This document shows positions 9,040 through 18,234 of a stretch of DNA of 64,000 bases, piece after piece. The stretch is from Gemmatimonadales bacterium (lineage in GTDB: Bacteria; Gemmatimonadota; Gemmatimonadetes; Gemmatimonadales; GWC2-71-9): positions 21,047 to 85,046 of the forward strand of contig JBGATI010000024.1 in the NCBI GenBank assembly GCA_044229245.1, written 5' to 3'. A model generated the notes under the pieces. That model saw only the letters and a list, made by a program, of their open reading frames with translations. It was not told the origin of the DNA and ran no database searches. Each line of letters begins with the position of its first letter. The first letter of the stretch is position 1. Position numbers and translations under genes: made by a program.

Positions 9040-10011
9040 TTAGCGGTGCGCAGGTTCCGGTTCCCGCTGTGCCGACGGGCGCGACGCTGGTCGTTCACCC
9101 GCACGCGTCCCCCGGAGGCTTCGGCTCCACGAGGCCAGCCCCAGCCCCATCATCAGCAGGAGCAGCAGGGTCGAGATCAGGTTGATCACCCCGGACCACG
9201 GTCCCGCCCAGGTCCCGGCGTGCAGCGCCCGGCCCAGGGTCGAGACCGTGCTCTCAAAGGGGTGGAGGCCGTCGGGATGCACCACGAATCGGGACGGCCC
9301 GCCAGTGGCGCTGGCGATGAACAGCATCGCGCTGCCGCCCGGCAGCGCCTGCACCGCGCGCAGACGCGAGAGATCCACGGTTCGCGCGGCCATGTCGACC
9401 GCCCGCGCCAGTGGCATCGGCGCCCCACTTCGCGACGTCACGACCGGAGGATGGAGCTTCATCAGCACGACGGAGACGGGAAGCAGCGCGAGCAGTGGCC
9501 ACAGAATCCACCCCAGCCAGATGTGACGACCGAGCGGCGTTGAAGGACGTCTCGCGGGACGCGCGAGGAGCGGACCGAGGAGGACCAGCACCAGCATCGC
9601 GAAGGTCCCGAACCCAACCAGTCCCCCCAGCCCGAACCAGAGATCCTTGTGAATGCGGAGGGCAATATCGAAAACGTCAGGCGATGGCTGCCGCGGCTCG
9701 GGTACCGCGAGGCCAGTCGAGGTGCTGAAGTACTTCGCCTCGCCGGTCTCCGGCTGGATCACGCCGACGGTGCCTTCATCCGGAGTCAGGAAGAGGTAGG
9801 GGGCCTTTCCCCTGGGGTCCACCCGCTGGAGCAGACCCACCAGCCTCGCGGGATCGAGCCGACCGCCGCTGGATGCCTCGCCGGGCTTGCCGAGTATCGG
9901 GCTGAAGGCGAGCAGCGCTCCGGAGAGCAGGATCGCGACGAAGACGGGCGCCATGAGGAGGGCAAGCCATCGGTGAGCCGTCGCCAGTCGGGCTCGCGTG
10001 CGGGGGAGCAT
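9040..10011 (-). CDS. PepSY-associated TM helix domain protein
   Basis: HRWLAL...SGALL, IHKDLW, LHAG His-bearing TMs; AGGAGG RBS. Confidence 0.8.
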   Translation of the reverse strand: MLPRTRARLATAHRWLALLMAPVFVAILLSGALLAFSPILGKPGEASSGGRLDPARLVGLLQRVDPRGKAPYLFLTPDEGTVGVIQPETGEAKYFSTSTGLAVPEPRQPSPDVFDIALRIHKDLWFGLGGLVGFGTFAMLVLVLLGPLLARPARRPSTPLGRHIWLGWILWPLLALLPVSVVLMKLHPPVVTSRSGAPMPLARAVDMAARTVDLSRLRAVQALPGGSAMLFIASATGGPSRFVVHPDGLHPFESTVSTLGRALHAGTWAGPWSGVINLISTLLLLLMMGLGLASWSRSLRGTRAGERPASRPSAQREPEPAHR

Positions 10012-10197
10012 CTCGGCCTCCTGCAGAGGGATCGGGGGCGGGGACCGGGCCAATACGCCACGGCGGCTCCGATGTTTCAATACGCACCGTAGCCGGCGAG
10101 TCCGATCCCTGCTCGTGCCCGCCCGATGGGCGGACTAGCCCTCGAGCCATGGCGGTGGAACATTCAGCCGCCCGTCGGCGACCCCCAGGAGGCCCGA

Positions 10198-10515
10198 TTG
10201 CTCTGGCTCATCATGGCTGCACTCTGTGAACTCCTTGGCTGCTTCGCGATCTGGCGCTGGGCCCGGGATCAGCAGCCCCTCTGGTGGGTCGCCGTCGGCC
10301 TCCTGCTTCTCTTCGCTTTCGCCTGGGCGCTGACCCGGGCCCCGGCGGCCTTTGCGGGGCGGGCATTCGCGGCCTATGCCGGGGTGTACCTGGTCGGCGC
10401 GCTCGCCTGGTTCGTCCTGCTCGATCGCGGTCGTCCCGACCGCTGGGATCTGCTTGGTGCCTCCCTGGGCCTCCTGGGTGCCCTCGTGATCCTGTACGCG
10501 CCTCGTCAGCCATGA
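10198..10515 (+). CDS. ynfA: YnfA family small membrane protein
   Basis: AA.CE..GCFA.W, AGRAFAAYAGVY, PDRWD..G; TTG after AGGAGG. Confidence 0.85.
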   Translation: MLWLIMAALCELLGCFAIWRWARDQQPLWWVAVGLLLLFAFAWALTRAPAAFAGRAFAAYAGVYLVGALAWFVLLDRGRPDRWDLLGASLGLLGALVILYAPRQP

Positions 10516-11021
10516 CCGGGGCCTCAGAGCCGATGGCGATCCGGGCGATGGTGCCCGGGGACTGGCCGGAGGTCGCCCGGATCTACGGGGAGGGCATCGC
10601 CACCGGGACCGCCACCTTCGAGCAGGAAGTTCCCTCGTGGGCAGCGTGGGACAGCGGGCACCTCGGACACAGCCGGTGGGTCGCGGCCGCGGGCGAGGGC
10701 CTGGCGGGATGGGCCGCCCTCAGCCCGGTCTCGCGCCGGACCTGTTACGCCGGCGTGGCCGAGATCAGCATCTATGTTTCGGCGCACGCGCGGGGTCAGC
10801 GCGTCGGAGGCCGGCTGCTTGCGGCACTGGTCGAGAGCGCGGACGCGGCAGGAATCTGGACCCTGCAGGCGGGCATCTTCGCGGAGAACACCGCGAGTGT
10901 GCGGCTGCACGAGTCCTGTGGCTTCCGCTTCGTCGGACGACGCGAGCGCATCGCCCGGCTCGAGGGGATCTGGCGGGATACCCTGCTCTTCGAGCGCCGG
11001 AGTTCCGCGATCGGCAGATGA
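10512..11021 (+). CDS. GNAT N-acetyltransferase (phosphinothricin acetyltransferase-like)
   Basis: IY..GI.TG.ATFE, AEISIYV...ARG..VG, WTLQAGIF.EN.AS. Confidence 0.9.
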   Translation: MTGASEPMAIRAMVPGDWPEVARIYGEGIATGTATFEQEVPSWAAWDSGHLGHSRWVAAAGEGLAGWAALSPVSRRTCYAGVAEISIYVSAHARGQRVGGRLLAALVESADAAGIWTLQAGIFAENTASVRLHESCGFRFVGRRERIARLEGIWRDTLLFERRSSAIGR

Positions 11022-11100
11022 CCCGTCTGCCTGCAAACGCATCGCTGCACTGGCGTCGGCTCGGCCGGCTCGTGACATTCAGCCGGAGGAGAATCCCGTC

Positions 11101-11658
11101 ATGAGCAGAAAGCCGGCGGCCCACACTGTTCCGCTCGCCGATCATCGCAAGGCGATCCGCGAATTCGCGGCTGCCGCCAGTCGCCTCGACACCCAGACCT
11201 GGCTCCGCCCGATCGGCCCGTCACGCTGGTCGCCGGCGCTGATCACCGAGCACGTTTCGCTGGCCATCGGGGCCTTCACGGCCGATGCCGCGGGACGTGC
11301 CCACATGGCGGAGGTCTTCGGACCATGGAAGCGGTTCGTCGCGCGGACCCTCTTCCTGCGCCGCCTCCTGCGCACTGGCCAGTTCCCCGATGGGGCGATT
11401 GCGCCGCGGGAGACCACACCGTCCTCCTCTCCGCAACAGCAGGGCGAGGCGCTGGCGGCACTCGACCGTGCGGTCAGCGACCTGGAGGTGACGATCGCGG
11501 CCCACCCGAGCGCGGACCGGTGCGAGATCACCCATCCCTACTTCGGCCGACTCCCGCTGCCCACCGCGCTGCGGCTGCTCGAGCTGCATGCCCGGCACCA
11601 CCTTGGACAGCTTCCTCGACGCGCTGCCGCGCGCGGGAATGAACCCCAGCCGAACTGA
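11101..11658 (+). CDS. DinB family protein
   Basis: WS.A...EH, HPYFG.L, H..HH..Q. Confidence 0.82.
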   Translation: MSRKPAAHTVPLADHRKAIREFAAAASRLDTQTWLRPIGPSRWSPALITEHVSLAIGAFTADAAGRAHMAEVFGPWKRFVARTLFLRRLLRTGQFPDGAIAPRETTPSSSPQQQGEALAALDRAVSDLEVTIAAHPSADRCEITHPYFGRLPLPTALRLLELHARHHLGQLPRRAAARGNEPQPN

Positions 11659-11681
11659 GTGGGCCAACCCCTTCGATTCCG

Positions 11682-12185
11682 ATGATGTTCCGCTCGCCCG
11701 GTCCTCGCCTGCTGCCACTCCTCCTGGCCCTGTCAGCACCGCTGAAGGCCCAGACAGCCACCAGCTGCCCCAATGGGCCCGCGGATGACAAGATCATCCG
11801 GGTCGATGCCACCGTCGCCCTCCCGCTCCACACCCTCTACCAGGTCAGCGACAGCCTCCTCGCTGCCCACGGGTTTCGCTGGACCGCCGCGAGTCCCGTC
11901 TCCGCACGCGTCACGGCGCCGAGGTTCACCTGGCCGCCAGGATCGGAGAACGAACCGTGGCATGGCACGGAGAACCCCGGGCTGGTCATCACGGTCAGCG
12001 CCTTCACCGCCCACGATTCGACCCGTTTCAGCATCTCGAGCGAGGTGCTCTGCCGGATCAGTTCCGCGGAGGTCGAGCCAACCGACTCGAGCGTCGAGAG
12101 TCAGCTCAGACTCCTCGGCGCGATGGAGATGGTGACGGCGCTCACGGACGCCCTGCGGCATCTCGGTACCATTCGGAGGCCGTAA
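11682..12185 (+). CDS. Secreted hypothetical protein
   Basis: Signal peptide LKA-Q; fills gap between neighbours. Confidence 0.6.
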   Translation: MMFRSPGPRLLPLLLALSAPLKAQTATSCPNGPADDKIIRVDATVALPLHTLYQVSDSLLAAHGFRWTAASPVSARVTAPRFTWPPGSENEPWHGTENPGLVITVSAFTAHDSTRFSISSEVLCRISSAEVEPTDSSVESQLRLLGAMEMVTALTDALRHLGTIRRP

Positions 12186-12275
12186 TCCCGGGCACGATGC
12201 TCGGCAGAGAAGCCCGGCCCTGCTATCTTGGGGCTGGCACGACACGGCCATCCCGCACCAGACCGGATCCTCACC

Positions 12276-12530
12276 ATGCCCACTGACTCCCGAAGCGAGC
12301 GGCGCCACGAGATCGCGGTGCGCGCGCGCGCCTACCTCGAAGGCATGATTCCGCGGAGCAGCGTCCTCGAGGGCCTCGAAGCGGCGGACTACGCCGACCC
12401 GAAACTCCGGCCCCTGCTCGAACTGATCGAGAACATTCCCAAGAAGTCGCGGACGTCCGGACTCTGGGGCAAGGCCTACGACGCACTCATCGCCCGTGCC
12501 CGGGACCTGATCGCCGCCGCCGACGCCTAG
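12276..12530 (+). CDS. Small hypothetical helical protein
   Basis: GC3-rich codons; ends 2 nt before next ATG. Confidence 0.6.
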   Translation: MPTDSRSERRHEIAVRARAYLEGMIPRSSVLEGLEAADYADPKLRPLLELIENIPKKSRTSGLWGKAYDALIARARDLIAAADA

Positions 12531-12532
12531 GC

Positions 12533-12997
12533 ATGCATCCCAATGCGGCGCTCCTGACCCGATTCTACGAGGCGTTCGGGCGCCGCGATCACGCCGCCAT
12601 GGCCGCCTGTTACGCACCCGCGGCGCAGTTCTCCGATCCCGTCTTCACCGACCTCAACGGCCCGCAGGTCACCGCCATGTGGCGGATGCTCTGCACCCGG
12701 GCCACCGACCTCCGTATCGAAGCCAGCCGCATCGTCGCCGATGCCGGGCGCGGCAGCGCCCATTGGGAGGCCTGGTACCGCTACAGCGCCACCGGCCGCC
12801 CGGTCCACAATGTCATCGACGCGTCATTCACGTTTGACTCGGGCCTGATCAGCACGCATCAGGACCGATTCGACCTCTACCGCTGGTCTCGCCAGGCACT
12901 CGGCCTCAAGGGGCTGCTCCTCGGCTGGGCTCCCGCGACCCAACGCGCCATTCGCGGGACCGCGGCCCGCAGCCTCGCCCGCAGCATGGAGTCCTGA
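12533..12997 (+). CDS. SnoaL/NTF2-like protein
   Basis: FY.AF...D...MAACY...F.DPVF, MW.ML, W.A.Y..S.TGR.V.N. Confidence 0.9.
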   Translation: MHPNAALLTRFYEAFGRRDHAAMAACYAPAAQFSDPVFTDLNGPQVTAMWRMLCTRATDLRIEASRIVADAGRGSAHWEAWYRYSATGRPVHNVIDASFTFDSGLISTHQDRFDLYRWSRQALGLKGLLLGWAPATQRAIRGTAARSLARSMES

Positions 12998-13001
12998 GCC
13001 C

Positions 13002-13745
13002 TTGGGATTCCAGGATCACTTCTCGGCGCGGGCCGAGCTGTATGCGAAGGCCCGGCCGACCTACCCCGCAGCCCTCTTCACCGACCTCGCGGCCCTGGCG
13101 CCCGATACCCGCTCGGTCTGGGATTGCGGGACCGGGAGTGGTCAGGCCGCGGTGGGGCTCGCCGCCTGCTTCGAGTCCGTGATCGCGACCGATCCGAGCA
13201 CGGCGCAACTCGCGCGTGCGGAGCAGCACCCTCGGGTGACCTACCGGGTCGCATCCGAAGCAGCCAGCGGCCTCCCAGCGGGCAGCATGGATCTGGTGAC
13301 GGCGGCTCAGGCCGCGCACTGGTTCGATCAGGCCCGCTTCCACGCCGAGGTCCAGCGAGTGCTGCGGCCAGGCGGGCTGCTCGCGATCTGGTGCTACGGT
13401 CTCTGCGAAATCGCCCCCGGCATTGATCGGACGGTCTCGAGATTCTATCGTGAGACGGTCGGGCCCTACTGGCCCGCCGGCCGGGCGCATGTGGAGGATG
13501 GGTACCGTTCCCTCAGCTTTCCCTTCGAGGAGGTACCTTTTCCTTCGCATGTCATGGAGCGACGTTGGAGCCTGGAGGAGTTCGGCGCCTATCTCGGCAG
13601 CTGGTCGGCGGTCGAGCGGTTTCAGCGTGCCAACGGGACGGACCCGGTGCCGCCGCTGATCGCGACGCTCGAGCCGGAGTGGGGAGACGTCCCCCGTCGC
13701 GTGCGCTGGCCGCTGTCCGGCCGTCTGGGGAGGTTCACCGCATGA
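13002..13745 (+). CDS. Class I SAM-dependent methyltransferase
   Basis: F.DHFS..A..YA..RP.YP, WDCGTGSGQ, AQA.HWFD. Confidence 0.92.
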   Translation: MGFQDHFSARAELYAKARPTYPAALFTDLAALAPDTRSVWDCGTGSGQAAVGLAACFESVIATDPSTAQLARAEQHPRVTYRVASEAASGLPAGSMDLVTAAQAAHWFDQARFHAEVQRVLRPGGLLAIWCYGLCEIAPGIDRTVSRFYRETVGPYWPAGRAHVEDGYRSLSFPFEEVPFPSHVMERRWSLEEFGAYLGSWSAVERFQRANGTDPVPPLIATLEPEWGDVPRRVRWPLSGRLGRFTA

Positions 13746-14182
13746 CGGTGCTCATCGTCGTCGGGGTGGCCGCTGCCATCGTCCTGGCCTGGTGGATCTC
13801 CCAGCTGGGGAATCGCGGGCCGGCCGGGGTCCGGGCCCCCACACCCGCCGAGGGAGCCGGCGTCACTGAGACGCCGAGTGAGGCAGGCGTCCGCAGACAG
13901 TTGGCGGCGGGCGACAAGATCGGCGCCATCAAGCAATACCGCGAGCTGACCGGGCTCGGCCTCAAGGAGGCGAAGGACGCGGTGGATGCGATGGAGGCAG
14001 GCCGAGTGCTCCCGATGCCCGCGGGCTCCGCCCGGATACCCGGACTCGATCCGGCGACCGATCCGGAGATCCGGAGACTGGTGGCCAGCGGTGAACTCAT
14101 CGAGGCGATCAAGCGCTACCGGACGCTGTCCGGTGCCGGCCTCAAGGAAGCGAAAGATGCGATCGAGGGGATGACGCGGTGA
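13742..14182 (+). CDS. Membrane-anchored protein with two ribosomal bL12 C-terminal-like repeats
   Basis: N-terminal TM; KIGAIKQYRELTGLGLKEAKDAV and LIEAIKRYRTLSGAGLKEAKDAI. Confidence 0.82.
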   Translation: MTVLIVVGVAAAIVLAWWISQLGNRGPAGVRAPTPAEGAGVTETPSEAGVRRQLAAGDKIGAIKQYRELTGLGLKEAKDAVDAMEAGRVLPMPAGSARIPGLDPATDPEIRRLVASGELIEAIKRYRTLSGAGLKEAKDAIEGMTR

Positions 14183-14403
14183 AACGACTGCGCCGAGGTC
14201 CACAGACCGGCCCCGAACACGATCCAATCCTCCCGACGCTGCGCGAGATGGTCGGCTTCATGTGCCCGATCGCCTGTGCTCTGGTCGGCTATGGCTTGGG
14301 GATGTACTGGAGCGGTTTCATGTCCGCCTTCCTCTGCGCCATGGCAGGGGTCGGCCTCGGCACCATCGTCACCCGGGCGTGGGCCCGGGACTTCTACCTC
14401 TGA
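14179..14403 (+). CDS. Small two-TM hypothetical protein
   Basis: GTGA overlap; two hydrophobic helices. Confidence 0.55.
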   Translation: MKRLRRGPQTGPEHDPILPTLREMVGFMCPIACALVGYGLGMYWSGFMSAFLCAMAGVGLGTIVTRAWARDFYL

Positions 14404-14418
14404 CCCGCACGATCACCC

Positions 14419-14781
14419 ATGCGCCTCACGCTGCCCTCTCTCAGCCCGCGTTTCATCCCGGTCCTGGCGTGCCTCGTGGCCGGTTGCGGGGCGGGTGCCC
14501 CGATGAACGTGGCTCCCCGCCCGGTCAGCGGCCTCCCCGAAGCCTTCGTGGTGGAGGGCCCGGTGCCGTCGACCAGCGGCCGGGCCTGCATCGTTCACCT
14601 GAAGAGTCCGGTGGATGACACCCGTCTGACCCTGCGCACATCCTCCGACAACGGGAGCGCCGGGATCGTTGGCGATTATCAGGTCGAGCCGTCCAGCCGG
14701 TATGGTCTGGCGGACAGTGAGCGGCTGCGGGTCGACTGCCTCACGAATCGCGCCCTGGGCGCGGTGCGTGGCCGCCGGTGA
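14419..14781 (+). CDS. Hypothetical lipoprotein
   Basis: Lipobox VAGC; GDY.V....YGL....LRVDC. Confidence 0.7.
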   Translation: MRLTLPSLSPRFIPVLACLVAGCGAGAPMNVAPRPVSGLPEAFVVEGPVPSTSGRACIVHLKSPVDDTRLTLRTSSDNGSAGIVGDYQVEPSSRYGLADSERLRVDCLTNRALGAVRGRR

Positions 14782-15230
14782 TGCAGGCCGCCTCCGTCGC
14801 GAGCGACATCCCGCACGTCATCCAGCTCTCCGTCGCCCCGGTCTTCCTGCTCTCCGGTGTCGGCGTCACCCTCGGGGTGCTCGCGACGCGCCTGGGGCGC
14901 ATCATCGACCGCGCGCGACTGCTCGAGCAACTGCCGCCGGGGGCCAGTGGCCCCGCGCACGAGCATGCGATGGACGAACTGCGGACCCTGTCCCGGCGGG
15001 CGCAGCTGATCAACCAGGCCATCACCCTCTGCGTCGCCTGCGCGCTTTGCGTCTGCCTGCTGATCGCGACGCTGTTTGTCGGCGCCCTGCTCGGTCTCGG
15101 CCTGGTCGCGCTGCTCGCGGGGCTCTTCATCGCCAGCATGCTCGCCCTGATCGGGGGCTACATCAGCTTTCTGCGCGAGATCTTCCTCGCGACCCACAGC
15201 CTGCGGTTCGGCAGCCAGCATCATCATTGA
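14778..15230 (+). CDS. DUF2721 membrane protein
   Basis: IQLSVAPVFLL.GVG..L.V...RLGRIIDRAR. Confidence 0.88.
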   Translation: MMQAASVASDIPHVIQLSVAPVFLLSGVGVTLGVLATRLGRIIDRARLLEQLPPGASGPAHEHAMDELRTLSRRAQLINQAITLCVACALCVCLLIATLFVGALLGLGLVALLAGLFIASMLALIGGYISFLREIFLATHSLRFGSQHHH

Positions 15231-15243
15231 GGATCGCCCCAGC

Positions 15244-15747
15244 ATGACCGGCCGAATTCTTCGTCTCAGCGTCAAGCCGCAGACTCCAGGTGAGTACGGC
15301 CTCCCGAAGCGGTCGGTCCCGAGCCTGCAGATCTCCAGCGAGGGCGCCGAGGGCGACTACAACCGCTACCGCGCGAAGCAACTCGGCGGCGATCCCGACC
15401 AGGCCATTCTCGTCGTGACCGAGGAGGTCCTCGAACAGCTCAACCGTGAGGGGTGGCCGGTCGCGCCGGGGGACCTCGGGGAGAACCTGACCCTCGGTGG
15501 CATCGCCGAGGCGTGCCTGGTACCTGGAGCGAAGCTCACGATCGGCGAGGTGCGCCTCGAGGTCACCAAGCCGTGCGAACCGTGCACCGAGCTCCACAGC
15601 CTTCCCTACGTGGGCAAGGCGCGCGGCAGCGAGTTCGTCAAGACGATGGTGGACCGTCGCGGCTGGTACGCCCGCGTACTCGCTCCGGGCGTCGTGGCGG
15701 TCGATGCCGCCGTGCAGGTGACCGCACCGGCCTCATCGCGGCCCTGA
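15244..15747 (+). CDS. MOSC domain protein
   Basis: GLPK, GD, PGDLGENLT, EVT.PC.PC, RGWYARVL. Confidence 0.9.
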   Translation: MTGRILRLSVKPQTPGEYGLPKRSVPSLQISSEGAEGDYNRYRAKQLGGDPDQAILVVTEEVLEQLNREGWPVAPGDLGENLTLGGIAEACLVPGAKLTIGEVRLEVTKPCEPCTELHSLPYVGKARGSEFVKTMVDRRGWYARVLAPGVVAVDAAVQVTAPASSRP

Positions 15748-15768
15748 CCTCCAGCCCCCGAGCACACC

Positions 15769-16308
15769 GTGGCGCAGACCGCGACCATCTACAACTTCGA
15801 CGTCCAGCTCTCCAACGTCGACCGGAACGTCTACGAGACCCTGGCGCTTCGGGTCGCAAGGCACCCCTCCGAAAGCGAGGAGTACCTCGCCACCCGGGTG
15901 CTGGCCTACTGCCTCGAATACGTGGAAGGGATCAGCTTCTCGAAGGGACTCGCCGAGCCGAACGAGCCGGCGCTCTCGGTCCGCGACCTGACAGGTGCGC
16001 TGCAGCTCTGGGTGGAAGTGGGGGCGCCTGACGCGGCGCGACTCCACAAGGCCAGCAAGGCGGTGCCCAGGGTGGTGATCTATACCCACCGCGATCCCGG
16101 CTTCCTGGTGCGCCAGCTCGCGGGGGAGCGCATCCACCGGGTCGACGAGCTCGAACTCTACGGCCTGGGCGGCGAACTGCTCACCGCGCTCGTCGAGCGA
16201 CTCGAACGGCGCACGGTCTTCGATCTCTCGGTGTCGGACGGACACCTCTACCTCACCATCGGCGGCCGCACAGTCAGCGCCGAACTCCAGCGCACCCCGA
16301 TCGGCTGA
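15769..16308 (+). CDS. yaeQ: YaeQ family protein
   Basis: DR.VYE.L.L.VARHPSE..E....R.LAY, WVEVG.PD..RL.KA. Confidence 0.92.
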   Translation: MAQTATIYNFDVQLSNVDRNVYETLALRVARHPSESEEYLATRVLAYCLEYVEGISFSKGLAEPNEPALSVRDLTGALQLWVEVGAPDAARLHKASKAVPRVVIYTHRDPGFLVRQLAGERIHRVDELELYGLGGELLTALVERLERRTVFDLSVSDGHLYLTIGGRTVSAELQRTPIG

Positions 16309-16310
16309 CC

Positions 16311-17108
16311 ATGGTGCCGTTCGCGCGCACGACCGCCGGCGCGGGAACTCCAGCGGTCTTCGTGCACGGGGCGCTGGGAGACCTTCGCTCGTGGACGCCC
16401 CAGGCCCGTTCCACGGCCGCGAAGTACCGGTTCCATTCGTACAGCCGGCGGTATCATCACCCGGCGCGCTGGGAGCCCGACGGTCCGCCCTATACCTATC
16501 TGCAGCACGCCGCGGATCTCGCCGACTTCATCGGCGGCACCTGCGACGAGCCGGTCCATCTCATCGGGCACTCCTACGGCGCCACGGTCGCCCTGCTGCT
16601 GGCGGTCCGGGAACCGGTGCGCATCCGCTCGCTCGTGCTCTCCGAACCCGCCGCCGCGGCGCTGCTGCCATCGACGCCGGAGCACGACGCCCTGCGCGCT
16701 GCCTCACACACGGGCTACGAGCCGGTCCGCGCGGCGGCCGCGGCGGGCGACGACGTGGCCGCGGTCCGTCGCTTCATGGGGATCGTGAACGGGGATCCAG
16801 ACGCCTTCGAGCGTTTCCAGCCCGCCACCCGGGCCGTCCTGCTCGCCAATGCCAGCACGCTGGGCCCGATGCTGGCATCGCCCGGCCCGATCCCCGTCAG
16901 CGGGGACGACCTGGCCCAGATCCGGATTCCGACGCTGCTCATCCGGAGCGAGCGGCCGACGCCGCTGTTTGCCGCGGTGCTCGACTACATCGCGGCCTCG
17001 ATGCCGGCCGCCAAGCGGGCAACGATCTCCGGGACGAGCCACGGCCTCACCTACCAGAATCCCGCCGGCTTCAACGCGACGGTCCTCGAATTCCTGGCCC
17101 GGCATTGA
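16311..17108 (+). CDS. Alpha/beta fold hydrolase
   Basis: FVHG, GHSYG nucleophile elbow, C-terminal His. Confidence 0.88.
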   Translation: MVPFARTTAGAGTPAVFVHGALGDLRSWTPQARSTAAKYRFHSYSRRYHHPARWEPDGPPYTYLQHAADLADFIGGTCDEPVHLIGHSYGATVALLLAVREPVRIRSLVLSEPAAAALLPSTPEHDALRAASHTGYEPVRAAAAAGDDVAAVRRFMGIVNGDPDAFERFQPATRAVLLANASTLGPMLASPGPIPVSGDDLAQIRIPTLLIRSERPTPLFAAVLDYIAASMPAAKRATISGTSHGLTYQNPAGFNATVLEFLARH

Positions 17109-17123
17109 GGACAGAAAATGGAA

Positions 17124-17153
17124 CAGCCGGCTCGACGGGTGTCGAGCCGGCTG
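17124..17153. terminator. Intrinsic terminator between convergent hydrolase and csp
   Basis: Perfect 13-bp IR CAGCCGGCTCGAC-GGGT-GTCGAGCCGGCTG; U-rich tail on minus strand. Confidence 0.8.
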
Positions 17154-17183
17154 CGCCCTCAGACTGTTACCGCGATCGCGTGG

Positions 17184-17402
17184 TTAGCGAGCGCCGACCT
17201 TCGAGACCTTCTCGGCGGCCGGGCCCTTGGGGCCCTGCACCACGTCGAACTCAACGCGCTCACCTTCGGCCAGGGACTTGAAGCCCTCACCCATGATGGC
17301 GGAGTGATGGACAAAGCAGTCCTTCTCGCCGTTCTCGGGGGTGATGAAACCAAAGCCCTTCGCATCGTTGAACCACTTCACGGTTCCGGTCGTACGAGCC
17401 AT
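17184..17402 (-). CDS. csp: Cold-shock protein (CspA family)
   Basis: [15 protein letters not shown] (RNP1), FVHHSAI (RNP2); AGGAG RBS. Confidence 0.97.
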   Translation of the reverse strand: MARTTGTVKWFNDAKGFGFITPENGEKDCFVHHSAIMGEGFKSLAEGERVEFDVVQGPKGPAAEKVSKVGAR

Positions 17403-17544
17403 TGCAGTACTCCTAGAGAGTTGTAATCGGGGAGTCCGGCAATGCCGTACAGACCGACTACGCATGTGTTCGTGAACTTAGCCCTCACGATAGGCCTGCT
17501 CCCACAGCGCGAGGAACTTCCCCACCACTGTCCGCGATCCTGAT

Positions 17545-17580
17545 AAACAAAAAAGGAGCCGAAGCGAAGCTCGGCCCCTC
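17545..17580 (-). terminator. Terminator-like hairpin inside csp 5' leader
   Basis: GAGGGGCCGAGCTTCGCTTCGGCTCC followed by TTTTTTGTTT. Confidence 0.7.
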
Positions 17581-17629
17581 ACGTTTACTCGGAACTTGTC
17601 CGCGCAACTGGCGCATCGATCGCGTGAAC

Positions 17630-17658
17630 AACCTAAGACATTGTCCCGGTTTGCGCAA
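17630..17658 (-). promoter_or_regulatory. Putative sigma70 promoter for csp
   Basis: TTGCGC-N17-TAGGTT. Confidence 0.55.
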
Positions 17659-17750
17659 TGATGAATCCGTGCCCCTCCCCGTGGCCCCTCCCCGAAGTCT
17701 GCCCGGGCCCGTAGCTTGGGTCAGGCTCACCGACGAGGGAATCCGACACC

Positions 17751-18077
17751 GTGATCACCACCCCGATCATTATCGACGCCAGCGGCGACCTGCTGGTCTT
17801 TGCCAGCGTGGGAGCCGCCGAACGGGAACTCACTCCCGAGGACGTGCGCAGCGGCGTCTACCGGACCGCCTACGACGGAATCGGCCGCCAGCTCCGCCTT
17901 GAGGTTCGCAGTCACGAGCGCCGCATCCTCGGCGTGTTCCGGGACGTGCAGGAACGGGTGCACATCGTGGCGGTCGAGCATGTTCCGACCCAGGAGGAGG
18001 CGCTCACCGCGCTGCTGGGGCGCTTCCTGGCACCGGGAGCCTCGCTCCGCGGCCCCTCGATCCCCGCGCGGCGCTGA
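17751..18077 (+). CDS. Hypothetical protein
   Basis: GC3-rich ORF; PI.I...GD..VF.S...AE..L...DV....Y..AYD..GR.L.L. Confidence 0.65.
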   Translation: MITTPIIIDASGDLLVFASVGAAERELTPEDVRSGVYRTAYDGIGRQLRLEVRSHERRILGVFRDVQERVHIVAVEHVPTQEEALTALLGRFLAPGASLRGPSIPARR

Positions 18078-18234
18078 GCCCGACGCCCCGGACATCCCCG
18101 GAGCGTCCACGGGGATGCGGAGTCCACCGCCTCGGAGTGCCCGGCGGCGCGCCCGCCAACCGGCTATCTTGCAGCGCTTCCGGCGCCCCGGATTCTGTCC
18201 GGGGCGCTTCGTGTTCATCCAGCCAGGATTCCGT

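Noticed and set aside
13742-14182. True ribosomal rplL gene
   Set aside because: Lacks the N-terminal dimerisation domain, has a TM anchor and is not next to rplJ/rpoB.
17118-17426. 102-aa plus-strand ORF opposite csp
   Set aside because: Antisense shadow of the cold-shock gene; the minus frame carries the RNP motifs and RBS.
17800-18234. N-terminal extensions in the ORF track (rhlE, also 10284, 10774, 21224, 29302, 32009)
   Set aside because: Low-complexity read-through overlapping other genes; homology and RBS start downstream.
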